Shown here one piece after another: positions 45,598 through 57,650 of a DNA stretch of 64,000 bases (positions are counted from its first letter, which is position 1; the number at the start of each line of letters is the position of its first letter). The stretch is from an uncultured Actinomycetota bacterium (GTDB lineage: Bacteria; Actinomycetota; Actinomycetes; Prado026). A program made the translations under genes and the position numbers. The stretch lies in assembly GCA_963711005.1 (NCBI GenBank), contig CAVQCJ010000004.1, forward strand, positions 464,099-528,098, in the 5' to 3' direction. The notes under the pieces were generated by a model, which was not told the origin of the DNA, made no database searches, and was given only the letters and a program-made list of their open reading frames with translations.

Positions 45598-46590
45598 ATG
45601 AGCGCTCCGGGGTCTGCACGAGTCTCCGACGCCCCGCCGGGGCCGGTCGGACGGCAGCCGCCGGCGGCGCGGGCGGAGCTTCCGGGGGAGATGTCCACGG
45701 CGCTCTCAGAGTTCCACCGGCACCTGGCTGCCGAGCGCGGCCTCAGCCCGCACACTGTGCGCGCGTACGTCCGCGATGCCGGGAGTCTGCTCGAGCACGC
45801 GGCCGGTCACCGGCTGACGAGTCCGGGGGAGCTGGACGTCCGGGAGCTGCGCAGCTGGCTCGGCGGACTGGCTGCCGGCGGTTCAGCTCGGTCCAGCGTG
45901 GCCCGCCGGGCCGCGTCGGCGAAGGCGTTCACGGCCTGGTGCCGCCGACGCGGCCTGCTCGCCGTCGACCCGGGCCTGCTGCTGGGTTCGGCCCGTCCGC
46001 ACCGCAGCCTCCCCGGTGTGCTCCGCCAGGACCAGGCCCGCGCGCTGATGGACGTCGCCGCAGTGGGGGCCGACGACGGCTCGCCCGTCGGGCTGCGCGA
46101 CCGGGCGATCCTGGAGCTCCTGTACGCGAGCGGGATCCGCGTCGGTGAGCTGGTCGGGCTGGACGTCGACGACTACGACCCCGGGCGGCGCGTGGTGCGC
46201 GTGCTCGGCAAGGGCCGCAAGGAGCGCACGGTCCCCCTCGGGCTGCCGGCGGCGCGCGCTCTCCAGGAGTGGCTCGACCTCGGGCGTCGGCGGCTGGCCG
46301 GAGGGTCCGGCGGACCGGCGATGTTCCTGGGCTCCCGCGGCGGCCGGCTGGACCAGCGGGCGGTACGTCGGCTGGTCCACGCACGGCTGGCCGACGTCCC
46401 CGGCGCCCCTGACCTGGGTCCGCACGGACTCCGGCACTCGGCAGCGACGCACCTGCTCGAGGGTGGCGCGGACCTTCGTTCGGTCCAGGAGATACTGGGT
46501 CACGCTACGCTCGCGACAACACAGATCTACACTCATGTCTCCGTCGAGAGGCTCAAGGCCACCTATGAGCAGGCGCACCCCCGAGCGTGA
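45598..46590 (+). CDS. xerC: Tyrosine recombinase XerC
   Basis: [35 protein letters not shown]; follows dprA. Confidence 0.93.
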   Translation: MSAPGSARVSDAPPGPVGRQPPAARAELPGEMSTALSEFHRHLAAERGLSPHTVRAYVRDAGSLLEHAAGHRLTSPGELDVRELRSWLGGLAAGGSARSSVARRAASAKAFTAWCRRRGLLAVDPGLLLGSARPHRSLPGVLRQDQARALMDVAAVGADDGSPVGLRDRAILELLYASGIRVGELVGLDVDDYDPGRRVVRVLGKGRKERTVPLGLPAARALQEWLDLGRRRLAGGSGGPAMFLGSRGGRLDQRAVRRLVHARLADVPGAPDLGPHGLRHSAATHLLEGGADLRSVQEILGHATLATTQIYTHVSVERLKATYEQAHPRA

Positions 46591-47638
46591 CGGCGCCGCC
46601 GTCGCGCCCGAGGACGAGCAGCTTGCGGTCGTGGAGCAGCCGGCACCGGGGCGCGCCGGCCGCCGCCCGGCAGTCAAGAGCTCGGCCGCACCGGCGACCG
46701 GTCGGGCCGCGTCCCGCTCGCGCGCGGCAGCGGCCGACTCCGGCGACGGCCCCGCCGAAGACGCCGCGGAGCCCGTCGCCGCCGACCCGGCGGCAGAGCC
46801 CGCGGAGCCGGACGAGGCCGCGGCCCCTGTCGTCGAGGTGACCGACGAAGACCTGGCGCCCGATCCCGCCGAGGCGGCCGCCGCCCTCCGCGAGCTGTGG
46901 GAGGGCTTCAAGGCCGGCGGTGACGGGCAGCTGCGGGAGCGGTTGATCCTGCACTACTCGCCCCTGGTCAAGTACGTCGCCGGGCGCGTCGGCGTCGGTC
47001 TGCCGCCGAACATCGAGCAGGCCGACCTGGTGTCCTACGGCATCTTCGGCCTGATCGACGCGATCGAGAAGTTCGACCTCGAGCGGGCGATCAAGTTCGA
47101 GACGTACGCGATCAGCCGGATCCGCGGCGCGATCATCGACGAGCTGCGCGCGATCGACTGGATCCCGCGCTCGGTCCGCTACAAGGCGCGCGAGGTGGAG
47201 AAGGCGTACGCCGCGCTCGAGGGTCAGCTGCACCGCACGCCCACCGAGGCCGAGGTCGCCGACCAGATGGGGATCCGCCTGGAGGACCTGCACGCGATCT
47301 TCAGCCAGGTGTCGTTCGTCAACGTGGTCGCACTGGACGAGCTGCTCAACGTGGGCGGCGAGAAGGGCGACAAGCTCAGCCTGGTGGACACCCTCGAGGA
47401 CACCAGGGCCGAGGACCCGGTCGCGGCGTTCGAGTCCGAGGAGACCAAGTACCTGCTCGCGAAGGCGATCAACACGTTGCCCGAGCGCGAGAAGATCGTG
47501 GTGACCCTCTACTACTACGAGGGCCTCACCCTCGCCGAGATCGGCCAGGTCCTCGGCGTGACCGAGTCGCGGATCTGTCAGATGCACACGAAGGCCGTCC
47601 TGCAGCTGCGCGGCAAGCTGGCCGAGCAGCGCGACTGA
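46565..47638 (+). CDS. whiG: RNA polymerase sigma factor WhiG/FliA family
   Basis: [45 protein letters not shown]; start uncertain. Confidence 0.9.
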   Translation: MSRRTPERDGAAVAPEDEQLAVVEQPAPGRAGRRPAVKSSAAPATGRAASRSRAAAADSGDGPAEDAAEPVAADPAAEPAEPDEAAAPVVEVTDEDLAPDPAEAAAALRELWEGFKAGGDGQLRERLILHYSPLVKYVAGRVGVGLPPNIEQADLVSYGIFGLIDAIEKFDLERAIKFETYAISRIRGAIIDELRAIDWIPRSVRYKAREVEKAYAALEGQLHRTPTEAEVADQMGIRLEDLHAIFSQVSFVNVVALDELLNVGGEKGDKLSLVDTLEDTRAEDPVAAFESEETKYLLAKAINTLPEREKIVVTLYYYEGLTLAEIGQVLGVTESRICQMHTKAVLQLRGKLAEQRD

Positions 47639-47648
47639 GCCACGGTCC

Positions 47649-48395
47649 CTAAGGTCCCGCGCGGCCCATCGCCCGGCGTCGCCGCACGCGCAGCCCGACC
47701 GCTCCGGCGCCGACGGAGGTCACCGCCGCGCCGACCGTCACCCCCACGGCACCTCCGGGGGGCCCTGGCGCCCCGCCGCGCAGCACCGTGGCGGCCGCTG
47801 TCGCCCAGCCGTCCGGTCCACGGGGTCCAGGCGCAGCCGCCGAACCCGTCGGTGGCCCGACCAGCGGGAGCAGCCGGGCGGTGCCCGCGACTGGCGCTGC
47901 CACGAGCCCGCTGACCACCAGCGGGTCCACGTACCGCCCATCGAGCAGCATCCCCCAGTGCAGGCACGGGCGACCCGGGCAGAGCGGCCCCGGGCTGCGG
48001 GGTCCGGTGACCATGGCCAGCCATCCGAGGATGACTCCGGCCGGCACGCTGTCACCGGTGCGGACCGCCGCCCGGACCGGCTCGAAGGTGCTCCGCAGGC
48101 GGGCCGAGTGGGCCACGACCACGACGCCCTGACCGGCCACCATCCCGGCGAACGTCACCCGCCCGGCCGCGTCGGACCGGACCGGGTCCCCGGCTGCCGC
48201 GGCTAGGTCGACCCCTCGGTGGCCGGGAAGCCAGGGTGTGGCCGGTGGCGGAGCGGCGAAGGGACGCAGCTCCAGGAGCGGCGGCCCGACGGGCGCGGTC
48301 CACCGTGCGGGAGGCCCGCCGGGGGCGGCGACCGGTGCGGCGCCCCCGATACCGGCGAGAAGCGCGAGCAGGGCGCAGACCAGGAGACCAGGCAT
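47649..48395 (-). CDS. M23 family peptidase-like exported protein
   Basis: Signal peptide; HRGVDL, CLHWG, YVDPL; divergent from rpsB. Confidence 0.85.
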   Translation of the reverse strand: MPGLLVCALLALLAGIGGAAPVAAPGGPPARWTAPVGPPLLELRPFAAPPPATPWLPGHRGVDLAAAAGDPVRSDAAGRVTFAGMVAGQGVVVVAHSARLRSTFEPVRAAVRTGDSVPAGVILGWLAMVTGPRSPGPLCPGRPCLHWGMLLDGRYVDPLVVSGLVAAPVAGTARLLPLVGPPTGSAAAPGPRGPDGWATAAATVLRGGAPGPPGGAVGVTVGAAVTSVGAGAVGLRVRRRRAMGRAGP

Positions 48396-48529
48396 GCCGC
48401 CACCCTCCCGGCCGGGCGCACGCCCGGGGACCCGTGGGCGCCCCGCTGTGCACGGCCGAGTTCCCGCCGGAGGCCTGTGGACGGACGGTCGGGCCGGCCG
48501 TCCGCCGGTCGCCGGGGGCGGAGCCGGTC

Positions 48530-48751
48530 CCGTACACTGGCCCGGCTCGGGTCCGCCCGGGCGCACCACCACTTCGCACGTCCTCCCCGGAGCCGCACGG
48601 CTCCGGGCGGTCCCTCGGTCCCGCGCGAGCGGGTCGGACCGGAGCAGGGCGTCAGGCAGGGCCCGGGCGACCGCCCGGTCCCGACGAACCGAGCCGGGCA
48701 CGGCCCGGGCGCCAGGACGCGTCCGACGGGCCCACGAAGGAGAACGCGGCC
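48530..48751 (+). promoter_or_regulatory. rpsB promoter (TACACT -10) and long structured 5' leader
   Basis: TACACT at about 48533; roughly 200-nt GC-rich leader ending in AAGGAG RBS; S2 autoregulation inferred by analogy. Confidence 0.5.
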
Positions 48752-49801
48752 ATGGCCGTCGTCACGATGCGCCAGCTCCTGGAGAGCGGCGTCCACTTCG
48801 GGCACCAGACCCGTCGGTGGAACCCCAAGATGAAGCGCTTCATCTTCACCGAGCGCAACGGCATCTACATCATCGACCTGCAGCAGTCCCTGACGTACAT
48901 CGACAGCGCGTACGACTTCGTCAAGGAGACCGTGGCCCACGGCGGCTCGGTCCTTTTCGTCGGGACGAAGAAGCAGGCGCAGGAGTCGGTGGCCGAGCAG
49001 GCGACCCGCGTCGGGATGCCGTACGTGAACCAGCGCTGGCTGGGCGGGATGCTCACCAACTTCTCCACCGTGCACAAGAGGCTGCAGCGGCTCAAGGAGC
49101 TCGAGCTCATCGACTTCGACGACGTCGCCGGCTCGGGCATCACCAAGAAGGAGCTGCTGGTCCTCAAGCGCGAGAAGGACAAGCTGGAGAAGACGCTCGG
49201 CGGGATCCGGGACATGAGCCGGGTGCCGAGCGCGGTGTGGATCGTCGACACGAAGAAGGAGCACATCGCCGTGGCCGAGGCCCGCAAGCTGGGCATCCCG
49301 GTCGTCGCGATCCTCGACACGAACTGCGACCCGGACGAGGTCGACTACCCGATCCCGGGCAACGACGACGCGATCCGCGCCGTGGGCCTCCTGACTCGCG
49401 TGCTCGCCGACGCGGTGGCTGACGGCCTGATGGCCAGGGCCGGTGCCGGCCAGGCGGACGAGAAGCCCGGCGCCGAGCTGGGCAGCGGGGAGCCGCTGGC
49501 CGACTGGGAGCGCGAGCTGCTCCAGGGTCAGGACGCCCCGGCGGCCGCGCCGGCAGCGGAGGCGGTCGAGCCGGAGGCGGCAACGGTCGAGGTGGTCGCC
49601 GCTCCGGTGGCTGAAGCCGCCGAGCCGGTGGTGGAAGCGGCAGAGACGGTCGCGGAGACCGTTCCCGAGCCCGTCGCCGCGACCGAGACTGCGACTGCAG
49701 AGCCTGCGCCCGCCGAGGCGACGACCGCAGAAGCCGCGCCTGACGAGCCTGCGACCGAGATGGCCGAGACCGAGGCCGCCGCGACCGAAGACCCGGCCTG
49801 A
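48752..49801 (+). CDS. rpsB: 30S ribosomal protein S2 with long acidic tail
   Basis: [37 protein letters not shown]. Confidence 0.98.
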   Translation: MAVVTMRQLLESGVHFGHQTRRWNPKMKRFIFTERNGIYIIDLQQSLTYIDSAYDFVKETVAHGGSVLFVGTKKQAQESVAEQATRVGMPYVNQRWLGGMLTNFSTVHKRLQRLKELELIDFDDVAGSGITKKELLVLKREKDKLEKTLGGIRDMSRVPSAVWIVDTKKEHIAVAEARKLGIPVVAILDTNCDPDEVDYPIPGNDDAIRAVGLLTRVLADAVADGLMARAGAGQADEKPGAELGSGEPLADWERELLQGQDAPAAAPAAEAVEPEAATVEVVAAPVAEAAEPVVEAAETVAETVPEPVAATETATAEPAPAEATTAEAAPDEPATEMAETEAAATEDPA

Positions 49802-49853
49802 GCCGGTCCGGTCGCCGGCGTCACCCACACCAGCACCAGGAGACGAGAGCACC

Positions 49854-50672
49854 ATGGCTGACTTCACCGCCGCCGACGTCAAGCGGCTCCGGGACCTCAC
49901 GGCCGCCGGGTTCGTGGACTGCAAGAACGCGTTGACCGAGGCGGACGGCGACTTCGACAAGGCGGTCGAGATCCTGCGCGTCAAGGGCGCCAAGGACGTC
50001 GACAAGCGGGCCGACCGGGTCGCGGCGAACGGCCTGGTCGCCGTTTCGGGCCCGGCGATCATCGAGCTCGACTGCGAGACGGACTTCGTGGCCAAGAACG
50101 CCCAGTTCCAGGAGCTGGCCGGGCGGATCGCGGCCGCGGTCGAGGCGGCCCGGCCGGCCGACGTCCCCGAGGCGCTGGTGCTCGACCTCGCCGACGGCCA
50201 GAACGTCGGCGAGGCGATCCAGGCCCTGTCGGCTGTCATCGGCGAGAAGCTCGAGCTGCGCCGGATCGCCGTGCTCGACGGCACTGTGGCCACGTACCTG
50301 CACCGCAAGGACCCCGCGTTGCCCCCGCAGGTCGGCGTGCTGGTCGCGTACGAGGGCGCGGACGCCGAGGCGGCCCGAGGCGTGGCGATGCAGGTGGCGG
50401 CCATGCGCCCGACCTACCTGACCCGCGAGGACGTGCCGGCCGAGACCGTCGAGGCCGAGCGCCAGATCGCCGAGAAGCAGACGCGGGACGAGGGCAAGCC
50501 CGAAGCGGCGCTGCCGAAGATCGTCGAGGGCCGGGTCAACGCCTACTTCCGGGAGCGCGTCCTGCTCGAGCAGGAGTCGGTGCAGGTGCAGAAGAAGAGC
50601 GTGGCGCAGGTCCTCGCCGACGCCGGCCTCACGGTGAGCGGGTTCGCCCGGTTCGAGGTCGGGCAGGCCTAG
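49854..50672 (+). CDS. tsf: Elongation factor Ts
   Basis: [29 protein letters not shown]. Confidence 0.97.
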   Translation: MADFTAADVKRLRDLTAAGFVDCKNALTEADGDFDKAVEILRVKGAKDVDKRADRVAANGLVAVSGPAIIELDCETDFVAKNAQFQELAGRIAAAVEAARPADVPEALVLDLADGQNVGEAIQALSAVIGEKLELRRIAVLDGTVATYLHRKDPALPPQVGVLVAYEGADAEAARGVAMQVAAMRPTYLTREDVPAETVEAERQIAEKQTRDEGKPEAALPKIVEGRVNAYFRERVLLEQESVQVQKKSVAQVLADAGLTVSGFARFEVGQA

Positions 50673-51548
<876 letters not shown>

Positions 51549-51599
51549 GCCGCCGCCGGTGAGGACGACAGCGCCCGTGAGGACGACAGGGAGACGCCG

Positions 51600-52157
51600 G
51601 TGATCGACGACACTCTCCTCGAGGCCGAGGAGAAGATGGACAAGGCCGTGACGGTGGCCCGCGAGGACTTCGCCGGCATCCGTACCGGTCGGGCGCACCC
51701 GGCGATGTTCAACAAGATCCAGGCGGACTACTACGGCACCCCGACACCGATCCCGCAGATGGCTTCGTTCCACGTCCAGGACGCGCGGATGGTCACGATC
51801 ACCCCGTACGACAAGGGCTCGCTGACCGCGATCGAGAAGGCCATCCGGGACAGCGACCTCGGTGTGAACCCGACCGACGACGGGACGGTCATCCGGGTCG
51901 CCTTCCCGCAGCTCACCGAGGAGCGCCGCCGGGAGTACGTGAAGCTCGCGAAGACCAAGGCCGAGGACGCGCGGGTGGCCGTGCGCAACATCCGGCGGCA
52001 CGCGATGGCAGCGTTGGAGAAGCTCGCGGACGACGGCGACACCGGGGAGGACGAGGTGCGCCGCGCCGAGAAGCACCTGGAGGACGTCACGCACAAGTAC
52101 GTAGCAAGCATCGACGAGCTGCTCAAGCACAAAGAAGCCGAGCTGCTCGAGGTCTGA
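51600..52157 (+). CDS. frr: Ribosome recycling factor
   Basis: [20 protein letters not shown]. Confidence 0.97.
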   Translation: MIDDTLLEAEEKMDKAVTVAREDFAGIRTGRAHPAMFNKIQADYYGTPTPIPQMASFHVQDARMVTITPYDKGSLTAIEKAIRDSDLGVNPTDDGTVIRVAFPQLTEERRREYVKLAKTKAEDARVAVRNIRRHAMAALEKLADDGDTGEDEVRRAEKHLEDVTHKYVASIDELLKHKEAELLEV

Positions 52158-52162
52158 GCACC

Positions 52163-53170
52163 GTGACCCCATGGCCGATGCCCCGTGAACCGATGACGCA
52201 GCCCGCCGACGTGAGCGCGGATCCATCCCCCGACCCGGCGGACCGACCCGCCGAGCCGGCGAGCCGGTCCGCGAACGACGGGCGCGCGCCGGAGCCGCCA
52301 GCCGCGGAGCCCGTGGCCCCGGAGCCCGTAGCCCCGGAGCCCGCGGCCGACGGGCAGCGGGCCGCCCGGGCCGGACGCAACCTCGTTGCCGCCACGGTCG
52401 TCGGCGTCGCGCTCGGCGCCCTGGTCCTGGCGACGATCTACTGGTTCCCGCGCGGTTTCGTCGCCGTCGTCGTCGTCGCGTTCGTGATCGCGGTCGCCGA
52501 GCTGGTCACCGCGCTGATGAGCGCCGGCATCGCCCCGCCGCGGATGCCGCTGCTCGGCGGCACGGTCGCGATGGTCGTCTGCGCGTACTCCGGCGGCCTG
52601 CCCGGACTCGCGGTCGCGTACGCGGCGACGGTGCTGGTCATCGTGTTCTGGCGGTTGCCGGCCGGTCCGGAGCACTCGGTCCGGGACACCTCGGCTGGCG
52701 TGTGGGCGGCCACCTACGTGCCCTTCCTCGGCGGGTTCGCCGCGCTGATGTTCGCTCAGCCGTCGGGCGCCGACCGCATCGTCGTGTTCATCGCGACCAC
52801 CGTGTGCAGCGACGTCGGCGGCTACGCGGCCGGAGTGCTGTTCGGCCGGCACCCGCTCGCCCCGGACATCAGCCCGAAGAAGACCTGGGAGGGCTTCGGC
52901 GGTTCGGTGCTCGCCTGCCTGGTCGGCGGTTCCGTCCTGTCGGTCTGGCTGCTGCACCTGCACTGGTGGCAGGGCGCGGCCCTGGGTGCCGCTGTCGTCG
53001 TCGCCGCCACGCTCGGCGACCTGGCCGAGTCCGCCGTGAAGCGTGACCTGGGGATCAAGGACATGGGACGGCTCCTGCCCGGCCACGGCGGGATCATGGA
53101 CCGGCTCGACTCGTTGCTGCCGGTCGCGCCGGTGGCGTACGTGCTGCTCACGGTCTTCGCCGGAGGCTGA
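52163..53170 (+). CDS. cdsA: Phosphatidate cytidylyltransferase
   Basis: ISPKKTWEG, GDLAES.VKR..GIKD, PGHGGIMDRLDS. Confidence 0.96.
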   Translation: MTPWPMPREPMTQPADVSADPSPDPADRPAEPASRSANDGRAPEPPAAEPVAPEPVAPEPAADGQRAARAGRNLVAATVVGVALGALVLATIYWFPRGFVAVVVVAFVIAVAELVTALMSAGIAPPRMPLLGGTVAMVVCAYSGGLPGLAVAYAATVLVIVFWRLPAGPEHSVRDTSAGVWAATYVPFLGGFAALMFAQPSGADRIVVFIATTVCSDVGGYAAGVLFGRHPLAPDISPKKTWEGFGGSVLACLVGGSVLSVWLLHLHWWQGAALGAAVVVAATLGDLAESAVKRDLGIKDMGRLLPGHGGIMDRLDSLLPVAPVAYVLLTVFAGG

Positions 53171-53173
53171 CGG

Positions 53174-54316
53174 GTGCCCGCCCCCGGCGAGCTGACGTTC
53201 GTCGCCCCGCGCCGGGCCAAGCCGCCGGTCCACCTCGCCGACCTGACACCGGCCGAGCGCGCCGACGTCGTGGCCGGGCTCGGCCAGCCGCAGTTCAGGG
53301 CCCGCCAGGTGGCCGCGCAGTACTTCCACCGCCTGGCGACCGACCCGCAGCAGTGGACCGACGTCCCGGCCGGAGCCCGCGCCAGGCTGGCCCAGGCGCT
53401 CACGCCAACGCTGCTGGAGCCGGTCCGCACGTGGGAGTGCGACGACGGGATGACCCGGAAGACGCTGTGGCGCCTGTTCGACGGGACGCTGGTCGAGTCG
53501 GTGCTGATGCTGTACGCGCGCACCGCGAGCAGCGCAGCCCGGGCCACCGTGTGCGTGTCCTCCCAGGCCGGCTGCGGGATGAACTGCCCCTTCTGCGCGA
53601 CCGGGCAGGCCGGGCTGACCCGCAACCTGTCCAGCGCCGAGATCGTCGAGCAGGTCGTGGACGCGGCGAGGGTCATGGCCGCAAGCGCCGCGTCGAGCGG
53701 GCTAGGCGGGCCCGGCCGGGTCGGCAACGTCGTCTTCATGGGGATGGGCGAGGCCCTGGCGAACTACAAGGCCGCGCTCGGCGCGGTGCGGCGGCTGACC
53801 GACCCGGCGCCGGACGGCCTTGGGCTGTCCGCGCGCGGGATCACGGTGTCGACGGTCGGGCTGGTCCCGGCGATGGACCGGCTGGCCGGCGAGGGCCTCC
53901 CGGTCACGCTGGCGCTGAGCCTGCACGCCCCGGACGACGCGGCGCGGGACGAGCTGGTCCCGCTCAACACGCGGTGGAACGTCGCGGACGTGCTGGACGC
54001 CGCCCGGCGCTACTTCGAGGTCACCGGGCGACGGGTGAGCATCGAGTACGCGCTCATCCGCGACGTCAACGACCAGGGCTGGCGGGCCGACCTGCTGGGG
54101 CGACTGTTGACCGAGCGGGGGAAAGGCTGGGTGCACGTGAACCCGATCCCGCTCAACCCGACCCCGGGCTCGCGCTGGACGGCCAGCGACCAGGCGGTCG
54201 AGCGGGCGTTCGTCCGGACCCTGCGGGCGCACGGCGTGCCGACCACGGTCCGGGACACCCGTGGCCGGGAGATCGACGGCGCCTGCGGGCAGCTCGCGGC
54301 CGGCGGAGCCGGCTGA
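53174..54316 (+). CDS. rlmN: 23S rRNA A2503 C2-methyltransferase (radical SAM)
   Basis: [25 protein letters not shown]. Confidence 0.96.
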   Translation: MPAPGELTFVAPRRAKPPVHLADLTPAERADVVAGLGQPQFRARQVAAQYFHRLATDPQQWTDVPAGARARLAQALTPTLLEPVRTWECDDGMTRKTLWRLFDGTLVESVLMLYARTASSAARATVCVSSQAGCGMNCPFCATGQAGLTRNLSSAEIVEQVVDAARVMAASAASSGLGGPGRVGNVVFMGMGEALANYKAALGAVRRLTDPAPDGLGLSARGITVSTVGLVPAMDRLAGEGLPVTLALSLHAPDDAARDELVPLNTRWNVADVLDAARRYFEVTGRRVSIEYALIRDVNDQGWRADLLGRLLTERGKGWVHVNPIPLNPTPGSRWTASDQAVERAFVRTLRAHGVPTTVRDTRGREIDGACGQLAAGGAG

Positions 54317-54395
54317 GCCCCTCCAGCGCGGCGACTTTCGGGGAAGAACCCGCCCGGCGGGCGCGGGACGGGCTGGGCCCGGGTACTCTCCGGCC

Positions 54396-54578
54396 ATGGC
54401 GCAGGTGATCGGCTACGCCGTTCTTGCCGTGGGAGTCATGCTCCTGGTCGGCGCGCTGCTCGGCCGGGTCCAGTCCAGAGACGCCTGCGCGGTGGCCGAC
54501 CCCCGGCGCGACCTGCGCATGCGCTCGACCTTCGACGAGGGCAACGAAGGCCGCCCCTCGTCCGCACGCACGCCCTGA
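54396..54578 (+). CDS. Small hypothetical membrane protein (60 aa)
   Basis: N-terminal TM segment; TACTCT hexamer 6 nt before the ATG. Confidence 0.55.
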   Translation: MAQVIGYAVLAVGVMLLVGALLGRVQSRDACAVADPRRDLRMRSTFDEGNEGRPSSARTP

Positions 54579-54593
54579 GGCGCCGCTGCTCGG

Positions 54594-54609
54594 ATTGGAT
54601 AAAGTATCC
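54594..54609 (+). promoter_or_regulatory. Putative GntR operator overlapping the -10 of the CoA-transferase gene
   Basis: ATTGGATAAAGTATCC; second copy at 57651-57666 (minus strand). Confidence 0.65.
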
Positions 54610-54612
54610 GAC

Positions 54613-55752
54613 GTGTCTTCCCCCGCCGGCCCACTGGACGGGATCGTCGTCGCCGACTTGAGCCGGGTCCTCGCGGGTCCGTACGCCACGATGCTGCTCG
54701 GTGACCTGGGCGCCGAGGTGGTCAAGGTCGAGCGACCGCCGGACGGCGACGACACCCGGGCCTGGGGCCCGCCCTGGTCAGACGGGGAGTCCACGTACTT
54801 CCTCGGCGTGAACCGCAACAAGCGGTCGGTCCGGCTCGACCTTCGCTCCGAGCCGGACCTCGCGGCGGCCCGGTCGCTGGTCGAGCGGGCCGACGTCGTC
54901 GTGGAGAACTTCAAGCCGGGCAGCCTGGACCGGCTGGGGCTCGGGTACGACGCGGTCCGGATCGCCAACCCCGCCGTCGTGTACGCCTCGATCACCGGCT
55001 TCGGCGGGGGCGCGGGCGCGGACCTGCCCGGCTACGACCTGCTCGTGCAGGCGGTCGGCGGGCTCATGAGCGTGACCGGACCGGCCCCCGGGGAGCCGAC
55101 GAAGGTCGGGGTCGCCCTCGTCGACGTGGTCACCGGACTGCACGCCGCCGTCGGCGTGCTCGCCGCCCTCCGGCACCGCGAGCGCACCGGGCAGGGGCAA
55201 CGGGTGGAGGTCAACCTGCTGTCCTCGTTGCTGTCGGCGCTGGTCAACCAGAGCAGCGGGTACGTGGCGGCGGGCGACGTGCCGGGCATCATCGGCAACC
55301 GGCACCCCTCGATCGCGCCGTACGAGGTGCTGCCGACGGCGGACCGGCCGATCGCGCTCGCCGTGGGCAACGACCGGCAGTTCCGGGCGCTGTGCGCAGT
55401 CCTCGGCCGGCCCGTCCTCGCCGACGACCCGCGGTTCGCGACCAACCCGGACCGGGTCGGCCACCGGGACGAGCTGGCAGCAGCCCTGACGGCCGAGCTG
55501 GCGCATCGTCCCGCCGCCGACTGGGTCCAGGCGCTGACGGCCGCCGGCGTCCCGTGCGGCCCCATCAACGACGTCGCCGAGGCGGTGCGGCTGGCCGACC
55601 ACCTGGGGCTGGGCCCGGTGGCCGACGCCGGCGGTGTCCGGACGATCGCCGACCCCATCGGGCTGTCCGCGACCCCGGTGACCTACCGGGCCCGGCCGCC
55701 GTCGGTGGGCGCCGACGACGACTGGCTCGCGGCCTGGCTGGCCCGGCGGTGA
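54613..55752 (+). CDS. Family III (CaiB/BaiF) CoA-transferase
   Basis: DLSRVLAGP, GAEVVKVE, NRNKRS, ENFKPG, GYD. Confidence 0.93.
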   Translation: MSSPAGPLDGIVVADLSRVLAGPYATMLLGDLGAEVVKVERPPDGDDTRAWGPPWSDGESTYFLGVNRNKRSVRLDLRSEPDLAAARSLVERADVVVENFKPGSLDRLGLGYDAVRIANPAVVYASITGFGGGAGADLPGYDLLVQAVGGLMSVTGPAPGEPTKVGVALVDVVTGLHAAVGVLAALRHRERTGQGQRVEVNLLSSLLSALVNQSSGYVAAGDVPGIIGNRHPSIAPYEVLPTADRPIALAVGNDRQFRALCAVLGRPVLADDPRFATNPDRVGHRDELAAALTAELAHRPAADWVQALTAAGVPCGPINDVAEAVRLADHLGLGPVADAGGVRTIADPIGLSATPVTYRARPPSVGADDDWLAAWLARR

Positions 55753-56429
55753 CCGAGCTGGGGGTGACGGAGCCGGCGTTCCGGCGGCCGCCGACCGCGC
55801 AGGAGGCGGTGCTGGTGGCGCTTCGCCGGGCGATCGGCAGCGGCGAGCTGCGGCCGGGGGAGCAGGTCAGGCAGGACGCGCTGGCCGAGCGGTACGGGGT
55901 GTCGCGGGTGCCGTTGCGCGAGGCGCTGAAGATCCTCCAGGGCGAGGGATCGGTGACCTACCGGCCGCACCGCGGCTACTTCGTCGCCGAGCTTTCCCTG
56001 GCCGACCTCGAGGAGGTGTACCGCATCCGCGAGCTGCTCGAGGAGGAGGCGGTGCGGACTGCCGTGCCCCGGCTCACCGCCGACGGCCTCGACGAGCTGG
56101 CGGCACTGGTCGCAGGGTGCGAGGACGCCGGCCGGGCCGGTGACGTCGCGGCGATGACGGCGGCCAACCGGAGCCTGCACTTCGCGCTGTACGCGGCGTC
56201 GGACCGGCCCAGGCTGGTGCGGATGGTGCGGATCCTCTGGGACGCGACCGACGCCTACCGCTCGGTGTACTACTCGGACCCCGCGAACCGCGAACGGGTG
56301 GCGGCCGAGCACCGGCAGCTCCTACGCGCGCTGCGCTCCGACGATGCGGACACGGCGGTCCGCCTGCTCGCCGAGCACCGCGACCACGCCGTCGAGCACA
56401 TCCGGGCCCTGCTCGCCGACGACCGCTGA
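55749..56429 (+). CDS. GntR family regulator (FCD domain)
   Basis: LAERYGVSRVPLREAL HTH; FCD N..LH...EH...H. Confidence 0.92.
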   Translation: MTELGVTEPAFRRPPTAQEAVLVALRRAIGSGELRPGEQVRQDALAERYGVSRVPLREALKILQGEGSVTYRPHRGYFVAELSLADLEEVYRIRELLEEEAVRTAVPRLTADGLDELAALVAGCEDAGRAGDVAAMTAANRSLHFALYAASDRPRLVRMVRILWDATDAYRSVYYSDPANRERVAAEHRQLLRALRSDDADTAVRLLAEHRDHAVEHIRALLADDR

Positions 56430-56439
56430 CGCGAGCGGG

Positions 56440-57618
56440 TCAGCGGAAGGCCTGGATCCCGGTCAGCGCCTGACCCACGACCAACGTGTGGATCTCGCTG
56501 GTCCCCTCGTAGGTGAGCACGGACTCGAGGTTGTTGGCGTGCCGCAGCATCGGGTACTCCAGCGTGATCCCGCTGCCGCCGAGGATGGTCCTGGCCTGGC
56601 GGGCGATCTCGATGGCCTCGCGGACGTTGTTCAGCTTGCCGACGCTCACCATCTCCGGCGTGACCGTCCCGGCGTCCTTGAGCCGGCCCAGGTGCAGCGC
56701 GAGCAGGTAGCCCTTCTGCAGCTCCAGGGCCATGTCGGCGAGCTTCGCCTGGGTCAGCTGGAACCCGGCGATCGGCCGGCCGAACTGCTCGCGGCTCAGC
56801 GCGTACGCGACGGCCGTGTCCAGGCAGTCCCTGGCCGCCCCGAGCACGCCGAAGACGATCCCGAACCGGGCCTCGCTCAGGCATCCCAGCGGGCCGGCCA
56901 GGCCCTGGGCCCCGGGCAGCATCGCCGCCGCCGGTAGCCGCACGGACTCCAGCACGAGCTCGCTGGTCACCGACGCACGCAGGGACAGCTTGTGCTTGAC
57001 CGGGTTGGCGGTGAACCCGGGGGTGCCGGTGGGGACCAGGAAGCCGCGGATCCCGGCGTCGGTGCGCGCCCACACGACGGCGACGTCGGCCACCCCGCCG
57101 TTCGTGATCCACATCTTGGTGCCGTCCAGCACCCAGTCGTCCCCGTCCGGCTTGGCGGTGGTGCGCATGCCGGCCGGGTTCGAGCCGAAGTCCGGCTCGG
57201 TCAGCCCGAAGCAGCCGATCGCCTCGCCGGCGGCCATCCTGGGCAACCACTCCTGACGCTGGTCCTCCGACCCGTACGCGTGGATCGCGTACATGGCCAG
57301 CGAACCCTGCACCGACACCAGCGACCGGATCCCGGAGTCGACCGCCTCGAGCTCCAGGCAGGCCAGGCCGTACGCGACGGCGCTGGTGCCCGCGCAGCCG
57401 TACCCGTGCAGGTGCATGCCGAGCACGCCCAGTCCGCCCAGCCCGGCGGCCAGCTCGCGGGCGGGCAGCTCGCCGGCCTCGAACCACTCGGCGACGTGCG
57501 GGCGGACCTCGCGGTCGAGATAGGTCCGGACGGTGTCCCGGATGGCCCGCTCGTCCTCGGACAGCAGCGAGTCGGCGGCGATGAGGTCGAGGGCGGCGAC
57601 GGGCGGGGTGTCAGGCAT
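56440..57618 (-). CDS. Acyl-CoA dehydrogenase, glutaryl-CoA dehydrogenase-like
   Basis: DSGIRSLVSVQGSL, CFGLTEPDFGSNP, KMWITN, NLESVLTYEGT. Confidence 0.9.
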   Translation of the reverse strand: MPDTPPVAALDLIAADSLLSEDERAIRDTVRTYLDREVRPHVAEWFEAGELPARELAAGLGGLGVLGMHLHGYGCAGTSAVAYGLACLELEAVDSGIRSLVSVQGSLAMYAIHAYGSEDQRQEWLPRMAAGEAIGCFGLTEPDFGSNPAGMRTTAKPDGDDWVLDGTKMWITNGGVADVAVVWARTDAGIRGFLVPTGTPGFTANPVKHKLSLRASVTSELVLESVRLPAAAMLPGAQGLAGPLGCLSEARFGIVFGVLGAARDCLDTAVAYALSREQFGRPIAGFQLTQAKLADMALELQKGYLLALHLGRLKDAGTVTPEMVSVGKLNNVREAIEIARQARTILGGSGITLEYPMLRHANNLESVLTYEGTSEIHTLVVGQALTGIQAFR

Positions 57619-57650
57619 CGGTCGGCTCCGGTCCCAGGGTGCGGCAGTCT

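Noticed and set aside
45598-46590. Tyrosine recombinase as a prophage or island integrase
   Set aside because: Sits in the conserved yraN-comM-dprA-xerC context with no cargo, att repeats or phage genes
53174-54316. Possible Cfr resistance methyltransferase
   Set aside because: Core frr-cdsA-rlmN synteny and RlmN-type sequence
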